Below are positions 26,768-39,410 of a stretch of DNA of 64,000 nucleotides, piece after piece. Location of the stretch: positions 3,348,001-3,412,000 of the forward strand of contig OX597830.1 in assembly GCA_951406725.2 (NCBI GenBank). The letters are read 5' to 3'. The first letter of the stretch is position 1. Each line of letters begins with the position of its first letter. Source of the stretch: Octopus vulgaris. Taxonomy: Eukaryota. The position numbers were made by a program, and so were the translations under genes. The notes below the pieces were generated by a model. That model saw only the letters and a program-made list of their open reading frames with translations, made no database searches and was not told where the DNA came from.

Positions 26768-27163
26768 GGCACAGGAGGGCTGTGTGATAAGTAGCTTGCT
26801 TACAAACCACATGGTTCCGGGTTCAGTCCCACTACGTGGCATCTTGGGCAAGTGTCTTCTACTATAGCCTTGTGAGTGGATTTGGTAGATGGAAACTGAA
26901 AGAAGCCCGTCGTATATATGTATATATATATGTGTGTATGTGTGTGTATGTTTGTGTGTCTGTGTTTGTCCCCCCAACACCGCTTAACAACTAATGCTGG
27001 TGTTTTTACATCCCCGTAACTTAGTGGTTCAGCAAAAGAGCCTGATAGAATAAGTACTAGGCTTACAAAGAATAAGTCCTGGGGTCAATTTTCTTGACTA
27101 AATGCGGTGGTCCAGCATGGCCACAGTCAAATGACTGAAACAAGTAAAAGAGTAAAAGAGAGA
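26768..27163 (+). mobile_element. tRNA-like SINE, family 2
   Basis: GGCTGTGTG.TAAG..GCTTGCTT.C.AACCACATGGTTCCGGGTTCAGTCCCACT, CTTGGGCAAGTGTCTTCTACTATAGCC, 3' tail CCAGCATGGCCACAGTCAAATGACTGAAAC. Other copies or fragments at ~15370-15680(-), 16060-16195(-), 27215-27420(-), 57465-57640(+). Confidence 0.8.
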
Positions 27164-27217
<54 letters not shown>

Positions 27218-27571
27218 GTATTTCAGCTTTTATCTCTTAATTGTTTAAGTCATGAAAGGGTTTTGCGGAACAAATTGATCCTTGTTAAAGCTTGATACGT
27301 ATTTTATCGGTCTTTTCTCTTGGCTGATCCACTAAATTACAGGGTTGCAAACAAACCAACACCAGTTTTCAAACCATGCTGAGGGGCAAGCACAAACACA
27401 TACACATATTTTTGATGGACGTATTGTGTAGCGTTTCTTGCTAGGTTATAACTGTTTCAATGACAAATGGGTCACAAATCCCCTTGTATATACTATAATA
27501 CATACGTAACTCTTTAGACTTGTTTCAGCTTTAAAGCTGTGGTCATATTGGTGCACCATATACATGTATGC

Positions 27572-27652
<81 letters not shown>

Positions 27653-27656
<4 letters not shown>

Positions 27657-28274
27657 TAAATATTTGTTGTGCAAGATTTTTTATGTGAAGTCCTGTGTTG
27701 AAACAGATATTGTTGTATTTCGGAATGGTCATTTTGCCAGTTTAGCCAATAAAAACACATGCACTATATATTTGGTGTTACTTTGCTTCAGTGTTATTTA
27801 TTTTTTACATTAATCTTAATCATATTTCGACCAGAGTTCTTTCGTCACACTCCTGTGACCGCATCAGTGGTCCTTTGTTTTCTTCTCACTTATTTGTGTC
27901 TCTCCTTACTAACCGTCAGCCATTTTGTATTTCTATTGTATGTCTTCATTTGCGCATGCTTATATCTCTATGTGCGTTTATGTTTATTTAGTGTGTGTAT
28001 GTGGGGGATGCCTGTAATATTTGTATCTTCTGTTTATATATGTTCATGTAATTTGTAATTTTACATGTTCATGTAATTTGTATTTTGTATTTTGTTTTTT
28101 GTTTTTGTTTTTGTTGTTTTTGTTTATTCTTATTTTGTTCATGTGTTTACATCCACCCATTATTATCATTACATATGCTTGTATGTATGTATGTATGTAT
28201 AACAACAATACTAGTAATAATAATAATAAATTGAATCGAAAAAAAATAAAATATATATATATATATACATATAT

Positions 28275-28329
<55 letters not shown>

Positions 28330-29104
28330 GTTATTTATTTATTTATCTGTGTATTTATTATGTTTTCAGGATCCTCTATCGTCATATGTTGTGGTGTGTG
28401 TTAGTGCTCCATTCTAGTTTTCTATTTAGGCTAGGTTTATTTTCTATTATGTGTGTAGCTTCTGTAATTTGTCTAATTGTTGCATCTGATCTATGTGTGG
28501 ATAATATTTTAATTTCTATGTTATTGATTGATCCCCCGTGTTCCTGTTCGGCGTGTTGGTACAGAATCGATGAGCTTTTACCTTCTTTGAGTTGTCTCCA
28601 ATGCTCATTTACCCGCTCTCCTATGCTTCTTGCCGTTTCCCCTATGTATGTCATTGTCTTGTTACTGCATCGTCCCTCTATACATCTTATACTATAGACT
28701 ACATTTCTGGCTTTACAGTTTGTTTGTGGGCTAAATCTACATACAGTACAGTACCTATCTGTACAGGGGGTTCTACTAAAAGGATAGGTTCTACCAATTA
28801 TAGATTTGATAAGGTTGCCTGGCTTTTCAACAACCTTAATTCTTAGCTTAAGTTTGTCTAGGGTCCTTCTAAAGCGATACGCCAGTTCAGCTCCAGGGGT
28901 GGTGTCAAAATGGCTGATGGTTAGTAAGGAGAGACACAAATAAGTGAGAAGAAAACAAAGGACCACTGATGCGGTCACAGGAGTGTGACGAAATAAGATT
29001 AAGATTAATGTAAAAAATAAATAACACTGAAACAAAGTAACACCAAATATATAGTGCGTGTGTTTTTATTGGCTAAACTGGCAAATGACCAGTCCGAAAT
29101 ACAG

Positions 29105-29110
<6 letters not shown>
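27653..29110 (-). mobile_element. 5'-truncated Naiad-like PLE: inverted pLTR + GIY-YIG C-terminus + pLTR + tail, between (TA)n tracts
   Basis: Uninterrupted frame 28382-28905: TTPGAELA, IKVVEKPG, CTDRYCTVC, NCKARNVVYSIRC, YIGETARSIGERVNEH, RQITEA, LNRKLEW. 27707-27927 and 28906-29110 are inverted copies; extra tail 27653-27706. Confidence 0.9.
27829..27872 (-). ncRNA. Minimal type-I hammerhead motif in the Naiad-like pLTR
   Basis: gacca-CTGATGCG-gtcac-aggagt-gtgac-GAAA-gaac-TC-tggtc: 5-bp stems I and II, CUC triplet, C at position 9. Confidence 0.75.
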
Positions 29111-29184
<74 letters not shown>

Positions 29185-29474
29185 GTATGTATATATGTGT
29201 GTATGTATATATGTATATAGATATTTGTATATGTATGTATATGTATATATATGTATGTATGTATGTGTGTGTTTGTGTATGCATGTATATATTTGTATAT
29301 ATGTGTACACATTCTTTATTTTCTCTCCTTGTTTCTTTCTGTGTTCCTTTCTGTGGAAAAACATTGGCTCGAAACATTAAAGACTCTTTCGCTTCCCGAG
29401 CGTTATACTAATACATCTGCTTGTTGTCTACACCACCTGTCTTCTTCTTTTGTTTTTGTGTGAATTCTCCCATA

Positions 29475-29832
29475 ATCGAAATCGAAATCGAAATCTTTCA
29501 ACATCAATGGAAATTGTAGCTGAGATACAAGTGCCGGTGGCACATAAGAGAACCGTCCGAATGTGGCCGTTGCCAGCGCTGCCCCGATTGGCCTCCATGC
29601 TGGTGGCACGTAAAAAGCACCATCCAATCATGGCTGTTTGCCAGCCTCGTCTAGCACCTGTGCAGGTGGCACATAAAAAGCACCCACTACACTCTCGGAG
29701 TGGTTGGCGTTAGGAAGGGCATCCAGCTGTAGAAACACTGCCAGATCAGACTGGGCCTGGTGCAGCCTCCCGGCTTCACAGACCCCAGTTGAACCGTCCA
29801 ACCCATGCCAGCATGGAAAACGGACGTTAAAC

Positions 29833-29865
<33 letters not shown>
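29475..29865 (+). mobile_element. RTE 3' tail
   Basis: Well-preserved tail ending GGAAAACGGACGTTAAAC(GAT)n. Confidence 0.85.
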
Positions 29866-31017
29866 ATATATGTATGTATGTATGCATGTATATATGTATG
29901 TATGTATGCATTATTATTGAAGGAAAATGATACTTTGTGTCATATGTCAGCCTTATGAGTTCTGTGATATTATATTTTTATCAAATGATGATCGTTCACC
30001 ATCATCAAGAGATGGTTTATATTTAATTTTACTCCTTTGATGTCTGTTTCCTTGTCACCATGGCATCTCTTCCTCCCACAAGTCCATAGATCTGCACTGA
30101 GAAACACTTGTTTAGCCATATGACTGGTGTTGAAATTAATCATCTCGATCTATCAGAGCAGTTTATTATTGCCAATAATGTTTTATATCTTCCAAGGAAG
30201 AAAATTAATGCATTTTATTAACTTGCATGCACTCAAGTACACACATGCTCATATCCCTTACGTTAAGGAAAAACATACCACAGGCTGCTTAAAAACTCTC
30301 CCCAAAGACCTGAGCATTACAATAAAGGTATACCTTTTTTGATTGATTGCATGGCAAACTCCTGGGATATGAGACAGTTATGCTGATTCAACATTATTCT
30401 GTAAAGTCATAGAATGCATACACCAAGAGACTACCAATAATCTTCAGAATATTTTTATTTTTTGAATTCATAAGAATCTATTCGTTAGCAGATTTTCATT
30501 TATTTTGAATATGATTTTAGAAATAATTAAATGGCAAAGAAATGATAATATCATGGTTATAAAATAAAATCGAATTTTTAATTTCTCTTTTTATTTTAAA
30601 ACTTTCAGAAATATGAACAACCAGTGTTGAAAGCATGATTTAGTTCGTTCTTTAAAATCTGTTTTGCATGTACAGTGTCTTGTCAACTGGATGAGCTCTT
30701 CTCTTTCATGTTCATCAATGCAGGGGTGTGTCTTTAGGCCCAACATGTCCAGTGAATTTTCAAAATGATGTCATCATCAACTTGTGCATTAGCACATGAA
30801 CATCCTTGTATCACTACCATCATCACCCTCCACTTCATGCCCCAGCAGAAACCGCCCTTGCTCACTCATTACCATCCAACCCATGGCAGCATGGAAAGCA
30901 GACGCTAGATGGTGATCACATACACACACTCACACACACACACACACTATGATATATATATATAAGTATGTATATGGTTTGCATATATGTGACATATATA
31001 TCTATATATGTATGCAC

Positions 31018-31500
31018 CATCATCATCATTTAACGTCCAGTTTCCATGCTGGCATAGGTTGGACAGTTTGATTGAGGGCTGGCAAGCCGGGAAGCTGCAC
31101 CAGGCTCAATCTAGTCGGGCAAGTGGCTACAAGTGGACGCCCTTCCTAACGCCAACCACTCCAACAGAAGTGTGGGTGCTTTTTACGTGCCACCAGCATG
31201 GGAGCCAATCAGGCGGCACTGGTATCAACCACACTCAAATGGTGCTTTTTATGTTCCACCAGCACAGGTGCCAGTCAGGCAGCACTGGCATTGGCTGCGA
31301 CTACAATTTCACTTGACTCAAAAGGTTTTCTCAAGCACAGCATACTGCCCGATGATTGAAGGGTACATTTAAATGGGCCAATTGTGCAACACTGGCATTG
31401 GCCACTGCTACGATATCACTTGGATTGCCAGGTCTTCTCAAGCACAGCATGTCTCTGAAGGTCTCACTCACTTGTCATTGCCTCTATGAGGCCCAAACTT
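31018..31500 (-). mobile_element. RTE 3' tail with the last ORF codons
   Basis: Homologous to 34275-35132. Confidence 0.8.
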
Positions 31501-33439
31501 TGTAGATATATATATTTGTTTTACAAACAACTGGCACATGCAAGTGCTACCAGTTGAAAGTTCCACATACTTGAAGCCAGCAAGTATATGGGGTCAGGAG
31601 AGAATGTGTGCCATTTTGGGGGCCTACCTCTCGACTGCATCACTCTGCACCGGCCCACCTCATTACTTTCATTTTCTTTGATCCAAAAATTCTGTCTCTT
31701 CATTTAGGGAAGTGTAGTTTTTCTTCAGCTACTCTAAGAAGACACCATAATATTTGAAACTGTGGTTATTGAATTTATTACTATCGTTGCCAATTATGTA
31801 TTTAGGAGATTTTCTTCTATGAACTGTTCACTCTGTTCTTCAGTTTCTTTTTCGTGTTCTTTGCCATTTTAGTATTCTTTCATGTGCCATAATTATGTGT
31901 GGAAGCCATTTTCAGATGTGAAAATGTAATGCATATAAATATAAGTTTAAAAGTTTGAGAAACAAATCCATTTTTCCTCTCTGCCTCCCGGGTTTCCAGA
32001 GAAGCCCATCCTTCTGCTGTTGTCGTTCCTTTCACAAGGACTCCAAAGAGAATTTCCTTGGGTAATGCTTAAAATAAGTCATACTTTGAAGTGAGAATCA
32101 AAAGCCATCTTCACACTATGAGCATCAATAACAACAACAACAACAATGATAATCAAAAAGAAGAGGATAACAACAACGACGATGATGATGATAATACTAA
32201 CAACAACAACAACAAGAATAACAATAATAATAATAAGGAAAATAACGATATCAACTAGGAAATTTGGTTCAAAGCCTACATTAATATTCTGAATGCCTGA
32301 CAGTAATTCCTTTTGGCTTATGTTTGATGTGAAATTCCTAACTCATGGAGTTGCCAAATTCTTTGATGTTCCTTTGAATCTAGAACTTGTTATCCATGTA
32401 ATAATCTGTTAATGATCGTTAATATCAGCTCATTAGTTGCTTAAACATAATTGTGTAGCTAATATGAATCTTTATTAACTGATACCAGAAAACTGGGAAC
32501 TGAATGGGAGAAGCAAGGTTTTCGTAGAGAAACAAAGAAGAAATGAATTGTTGAGTAAAGTTGAATTGGTGAAAATGATTAGCTGGAAGACCCCTCATAG
32601 GTGTGTTAGGGTTTTGTAACTTGAAAATATGGAAAGGTGTGATTGTTGATGTTTAGCCCCTTGAACCAAATGCAGCGGGCAAGGGAAGAGAGTACGTTGG
32701 TCTGGACATGTGATGCATGTGAATAAAGAAGTTCTGGTCACTGAAAGCAAACAACACCCCTCCCCTTCCCAAGCTGCATCTCTTCTCTTCTCCCCATTTC
32801 CTCTTCGTACCCTATGATTATCTCCCACTCCCCAATCCTGTCCTCACTGCCCAGCTCAATGTATCATTGCTTTCTCTACCCTCCTCTATATACCCAGCTT
32901 CTCACCAATCACAGCATTCCCCACCCCCACTCCCTATTCGTGCCTTCTTGGCAATACCCTGCCACGTATATTATGACCTTCATACCTTGGGTGTACACCC
33001 TGGTACCTGCCACCATTTATCTCGCTTTCTCTTCCTTACTCTTCCACCTCATCTATGCTCTGATCTCCCTTCTTTGCGAGTATACCTTGGCACTTTGCCA
33101 CCATCTCTCCTCTGCTCTCTCTCTCTCTCTCTCTCTCTCTTGCATATTTGCTCTCTCCCACTCTCTCTCTCTCTCCCTTCTTTTGCTCTTCCCTCTGGTT
33201 AAGTAACCATGTATCTCCTTTACAGCAGCACACCTATTTCCACCCTCTTTCTTCTTAACTCCCTCTCCCCCGCCCTCTCTTTCTCTCTCTCTCTCTCTCT
33301 CTGACTGGGTAGCCATGTACCTCCCCTACAGCAAGACACCTGTTTCTGTCTCTCTGTCACACTGTAGCCTTTCATCATCTGACAGAAGATCACCTCCTCT
33401 TCCAATGCCCCCTCCCCTTTCAAAGATTCTTTGTCTTAC

Positions 33440-33743
33440 AAAGTTACTTGGTAACCCTGCCAGAACTGGTGCCACGTAAAAAAGCATGCAGTCCACACTG
33501 TAAAGTGGTTGGCATTTGGAAGGGCATCCAGCTGCAAAAGTCATGCCAAAACTGATCTTATTGTGCTGGAGGCACTAAGTCCACTCTGTGGAGTGGTTGG
33601 TGTTCAGAAGGACATCCAGCTGTAAAAACCCTACCAAAACTGACACAGAAGCCTGAGGCAGTCTTCTGCCTGGCCAGCTCAAGTCAGATCATCCAACCCA
33701 TGCCAGCATGGAAGACGGGCATTAAACGATGATGATGATGATG
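33440..33743 (+). mobile_element. RTE-type 3' tail (upstream 32660-33440 probably part of the same derivative)
   Basis: GTGGTTGGC.TT.GGAAGGGCATCCAGCTG repeated twice; (GAT)n end. Confidence 0.7.
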
Positions 33744-33930
33744 AACCAGGGATTGTTCAGAAAACATTTGATCAAACTGATTTTATTATGACAATACCTT
33801 GGTGTATTGTAATTATGTATGTGTGTGAGCGCATACATACATACATACAAACATACATACATACATACAAACATACATACATACATACATACATACATAC
33901 ATACATACATACATACATACATACATACAT

Positions 33931-34270
33931 AAAGCTGAAGATCACCTATGCTGAACTATTGAGAAATCTGCAGTTGCTCTATCCAGATTACAGGTTCAGG
34001 TAATTATTGGGGTCCTGAGATATGTAACACACTGCCTAAATACCAATCTTGAGAAATTAGGCTTCTCGAAACCAGAAAGGAGAAACCTAATTCGAAGACT
34101 ACAGATCCAATCCATCACTGGAACTGTAAAAATCTGTAAAACTTTCCAGAAGTTTATCATTTAAATATATATGAGCATGTCTAGGTATGTAACTATATGC
34201 ATGAGAACTCAAACATAAAACATACAAATCTGCACATACATACATACATACAAACAAACAAAAATACTCT
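33931..34270 (+). mobile_element. 5'-truncated Dong/R4-like non-LTR element (restriction-like endonuclease C-terminus) in an (ACAT)n tract
   Basis: TYAELLRNLQLLYPDYRF / VIIGVLRYVTHCLNTNLEKLGF...IRRLQIQSITGTVKICKTF matches the RLE C-terminal pattern K..Y.EL...PIIIGALG...LG...Q....GT..I. Confidence 0.75.
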
Positions 34271-34274
34271 GTAG

Positions 34275-35132
34275 TCATCATCATCATCATCATCGTTTAA
34301 CGTCCGCTTTCCATGCTAGCATGGGTTGGACGATTTGACTGAGTACTGGCGAACCAGATGGCTGCACCAAGCTCCAAACTTGACCTGGCAGAGTTTCTAC
34401 AGCTGGATGCCCTTCCTAACGCCAGCTACTCCAAGAGTGTGGTGGGTGCTTTTACGTGCCACTGGCACGAGGGCCAGTCAGGTGGTGCTGGCAACAGCCA
34501 CACTATGTGCTTCCTGCACCGGAGCCAGTCCAGCCGCACTGGCAATAACCTTGCTCAAATGTTTTTTCACGTGCCACAAACACAAGTGCCAGTAAGGCGA
34601 CGCTGGTAATGATCATACTTGAATGGTGCTTTTTACATGCCACCGGCACAGAAGCCAATTTGTTGCTCTGGCAACGATCACGCTTGGATGGTGCTCTTAA
34701 CGCTCCACTAGCATGGATGCCAGTCATCGAATTTGATTTCGATTTCAATTTCACTTGCCTCAAGAGGTCTTCACAAGCAGAGTTTAGTGTCCAATGAAGG
34801 AAAGGTACGCATAAGTGGGCTGGTTACACCCCTGGCATAGACCATGAGGTTATGGTCACACTTGAGAAGACCCAGCAAGTCAAGTGAGACCATAACCTCA
34901 TGGCCTATGCCAGGGGTGTAACCAGCCCATTTATGCGTACCTTTCCTTCATTGGACACTAAACTCTGCTTGCAAAGACCTGTTGAGGCAACTGAAATTGA
35001 CTTGCTGGGTCTTCTCAAGTGCAGCATATTTCCAAAGGTCTCGGCCACTAGTCATTGCCTTGATGAGGACTAATGTTCGAAGGTCATGCTTCACCACTTC
35101 ATCCCAGGTCTTTCTGAGTCTACCTCTTCCAT
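34275..35132 (-). mobile_element. 5'-truncated RTE LINE (ORF C-terminus + 3' UTR) with an internal inverted duplication
   Basis: GRGRLRKTWDEVVKHDLRTL.L..AMTSGRDLWKYA is the RTE/BovB-type C-terminus; (GAT)n tail at 34275-34295. Confidence 0.88.
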
Positions 35133-36024
35133 GTTGAAATTCCAATGAACAAGCCTTGGATCTCAGTTAGAAACTGGTTCTTTCTCTATTGGCAAGAAAT
35201 CTTGAAATAAACTGAATAATAATGACACACACACACACACACACACTGAAAGTTAAAGAGAAAGAGGATGACTATGCTTTGAAACCTCCAGCTTCCTAAT
35301 CCAGATTATAAATTTTGATTTTTACCAGCAATGTTTGTTGCCCTTGGTTTCATGAGTAAATGCCTAAGCAACTGCCTGGATAAGCTTGGATTTCAGAAAA
35401 AGAGAAATCAACCACTTCACACGTCACAAACATAATCTGGAAATGGAGCAGAATGAATATGCAAGACTTTTCTCAAGTTTAAAAGGTTCCTTTGTTTTTT
35501 GTTATCTCCATTCCAACGATGGAGCTTTGTTAAAAACCAGCTCCTTACTCGGAGGAAGCATACATACATACATACGTATGTACATTCAAACAAACTGATA
35601 GATAGATTGATAGACAAATACACATCAATACATATTTATTCATACACTTAAATACATTAGGTAATGTGCCTTCCTTTTAAAATTTAGAATACATGATGAG
35701 AAAGCAGTTTGGCTGCCATTTCTAGTATGAGATAGCCTGATTAACACAGAGCAGTGTAGTTGAGGAACACACTCAGTATGTTTTCATTAACAAGTTATGA
35801 GGGTGATAACAAAGAAAACCCACAATCAAAGGCTCTCCAGATTTGACCACCAACAATTTTTAAGATTAGTTCATCCAAACTATTTTTTATTTAAAACTGA
35901 TATGATCTAAGAGAGATTTGGTTTCTATTTCTAGCAAGCTGAACCTTCGTAGATATTCTCTGTTCCTGGCTTAGCAAGGGGTTTTGTTCACTGTAATACC
36001 TTGTGTAATACACCTCTTTCCTTT

Positions 36025-36450
36025 CCCTTTACTTGTTTCAGTCATTTGATTGTTACCATTCTGGAGCATCATCTTCAGTCAAACGAATCGACCCCAGGAC
36101 TTATTCTTTCTAAGCATAGTACTTATTCTATTAGTCTATTTTGCTGAGCCACTAAGTTATAGGTATGTAAACATACCAACATCAGTTAATAAGTGATGGT
36201 GGGGGGACAAACACAGACACACAAATACGTACATACACACACACATATACACATATATATATGATGTCTGCACAGTTCAGACATCTATATACACACACAC
36301 ACATACGCACAAAATGGGCTTCTTACAGTTTCTGTCTACCAAATCCACTCACAAGGCTTTGGTTGGCCTGAGGCTATAGTAGAAGACATTTGCCTAAGGT
36401 GTCAATTAGTGGGACTGAACCCAAAACCATGTGGTTGCTAAGCAAGCAGC
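36025..36450 (-). mobile_element. SINE family 2
   Basis: Reverse complement of the 26768-27163 type. Confidence 0.78.
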
Positions 36451-37257
36451 CTCCTAAAAACACAACAGATTCCTTTTATCCCATTATTCTGCTCCTCAGT
36501 TCAGTTAGATTACCAAAACAAAATATATTTTTGTAGAGTTATTATATAACTGATCCCTAGGGGATATTGATGTGTGTGAGACTGAAGGAATAGGTAAGTT
36601 TTGAACAGCTAATGTGTTAAAAAAATGTAAAACGGTTACATTTGCTTCCCTTCGTGCGTGTTGCTCTCCAAAGACTGCAAGTTAAGAATGAAGTGTCAAA
36701 TAATAATTCAGAAGAACATTCGAAGAATCTTATTACATAGTATTCTGGCTATAATTTAACCTAGAATGCCAAGACCAATAAAATATAAAGAATCATTTAT
36801 TTTCCTCAGCTTCATTTGGATAATTGTCAGACACATTTGCTTGAACGGAACTTTCAGTTCTGTATTTTGTTTCTGATTAATATTTTATTTGATCACAACT
36901 ATTTCTGTTTATTTGCATTATTGAACCTGCTATGATGATTTACATAGTGTTATAGTACATCGAATACTTAAACACCAATAAATAAATAATGGGCGAGTTT
37001 AACTAGCGTCATCAACCGAGAGGAAAATTCTGCACAGTTCAGACATCCATATACACATATTCCATGCTGGAGTAGATTTCTCTGTTGCTTCTTATGTTTA
37101 AGACTATATTCACTAAGCAGTGTCATTCTAGAAATTTCTGTATTGGCCAACTTATGACACGGTGGAGTTTGTTCACAAAAATTTCCCTGCATTATCATCT
37201 TGTAAAATAGTTTAGCTTTAAAATATTTTTCTGATAAAATACATACAGACAGACAAG

Positions 37258-37630
37258 ACACAGGTGTGGCTGTATAGTAAGAAACACGCTTCCCAACCAC
37301 ATGGTTCTGGGTTCAGTCTCATTACGTGGCACCTTGGGTAAGTGTCTTCTACTATGGAGACAACCATATGGATTTAGTAAATAGAAACTGAAAGAAGCTC
37401 ACTGTATACATGTGTGTGTCTATGTATCTGTGTTTGTCCCCCCCCCCCCACCACTACCTGACAACCGGTGTTGGTTTGTTCCTGGCCTTATAACTTAGCA
37501 GTCCAGTAAAAGAGACACATAGAATAAGTACCAGGGTTTTTTGAATAAGTCCGGGGATTGATTCGTTTGACTAAAAATTCTTCAACCTGATGCTACAGTG
37601 TGGCCACCGTCTAACAACTGAAACAAGTAA
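37258..37630 (+). mobile_element. SINE family 2
   Basis: Homologous to 26768-27163 along its length. Confidence 0.8.
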
Positions 37631-39199
37631 TCTACAGCTGTATTGACTTGAAGTTACATTCTTTATTTTAGTTGCATTTACCTTTAGCCAGCACCAATAC
37701 ATTCTCCACCACAATATTTGTTCATTAAATAGTAAACCCTATCATTCTAAATTATATTTCCTGTTCAACACAAATGTATTCCCCTTGTATTTACTTGATG
37801 ATATTGAAGGCATAACTCATATCAGTTTCTTAAATAAAATGTCAATTTTGGTTTGCATTTATTTGGAAATAGTGTGAATGCTGTGAAATGGTGGCCAGTT
37901 CTCTTCAAGTTAGCAGTCTTATTTCTATTTCTAGTTCAAACCATTTTCATCTCTTTCAAGCTGATAATACTCTTGGGAAAGACGTGAATGACATAACTTG
38001 GAAACATCATTCTTCTGAATACTTCAGGCTTCATATCTATCAGGTAAATATAATGAGAAACTACCACAGTGTATCGTATCATCTACATTATGCGTCATTT
38101 TGATTTGTGTTTGGAAACAGATATAATACTTAGGAAAAGAAATTGGAGACGCGGAAATGTGAATACTGAAATTGGAGATGGTTCTCAAATGTGAAAATTG
38201 GAGATATTTAAACATAACCAGTTTCTCATAGCAAGGCAAAAACAAATTCTTGCTCTAATAAGCAAAATTTCGAAATTGTATTAACTTTATAATGTTAAAA
38301 AGAGACGATGAGCGATGGCTAGAAGAATTTTGAGCTTTATTTGATAACCAGCTGATCTAGCAAGTGGGGCTTCATATCAGTGAGGGAGGGTGGCCGGTGA
38401 GCATTGATGCCATCGAGAGGTAGGCCCTGAAACAGCGCGAATTCTCTCCTGATAACTCCATATACTTGCTGGATTCTGGTATGCAGAGTTTTTGACTGGT
38501 AGCACTTGCATGTGCAAGTTGTTTGCACAACAATTTATTTCCGTTTTTGTTTTTTGAATAAAAAAACCAAACCTGTTTTGAGTCTGTAAGGCATGGACAT
38601 TTGTTGGAACATTGGAATCTTTGTATTCATAGCCATGATGCCATAATGTTACCTCTTGTTGGCTAAGTTCTCTAAGATGTATTGTGAGAAATTGAAAGCT
38701 AACATATCATTGATAAACATTTTGTTCACTTCAAGGGTTTAGTTCCAGTTCTAATATTGGTAAAATCTTTGTGAAATAAGATTCTTCTCCATGTGAACAA
38801 ACGTCATTTATAATACATAACTCAGAAAACTGTGACTGATTAGGTGATTAATAAAACACCGGGGTGAAACTGAGAGTGACTGAGTTTGGAGTTCCTAATG
38901 CTCTGTGGTTGAAGCTCAAATGGTTGGCTTTCAGACTACCGCTTTTACAAGATTTTCTTCTCAAAAACCCAGTGTATAGGCTGCATACCATTTTTCAGCT
39001 TAGTGTTCAAAGAACTAAGTTGCACGACTCTGCAAAACTTGATATAAACTACAATAAACTGCTGATGATTGAAGTGATAACAGTGTAATGATGTTTATAT
39101 TAAAATAAGCAACCTTCATAAATATTATGAATCTTGTCTTCTTGTGGAATGAGAAGAGTTTAAAATGGTATTTATTGAACTGAAAAAAAAAATACTTAA

Positions 39200-39410
39200 C
39201 CCTTTTGTTACCAACCCAACTCTGGCTTTGTAGTATAAATGTCTTGTTTTCATAAGTTTTTCATTAAAATATACCACCAAACCTTAGTCGCAATTTATGT
39301 TCCTAACACTAACTTAATGATAATTAAGTTATTTTACTAAATTCTTTGTTATATTTAAAATAATTGAAAGAAACACAGAGCATCTCAAAATAAATACAGT
39401 AATGAAAGGG
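39200..39410. mobile_element. piggyBac-type MITE
   Basis: TTAA|CCCTTTTGTTAC ... GTAATGAAAGGG|TTAA. Confidence 0.85.

Noticed and set aside
26768-26845. tRNA gene
   Set aside because: The tRNA-like head continues into a multi-copy SINE body and no intact cloverleaf is evident.
28382-28905. Selenoprotein-type Naiad (in-frame UGA + SECIS)
   Set aside because: The only TGA is after the conserved LN.K.EW end, no Cys position is replaced, and no SECIS was recognised.
28382-29035. 217-aa ORF as an intact stand-alone nuclease gene
   Set aside because: Its first ~43 codons are antisense pLTR sequence fused to a truncated PLE ORF.
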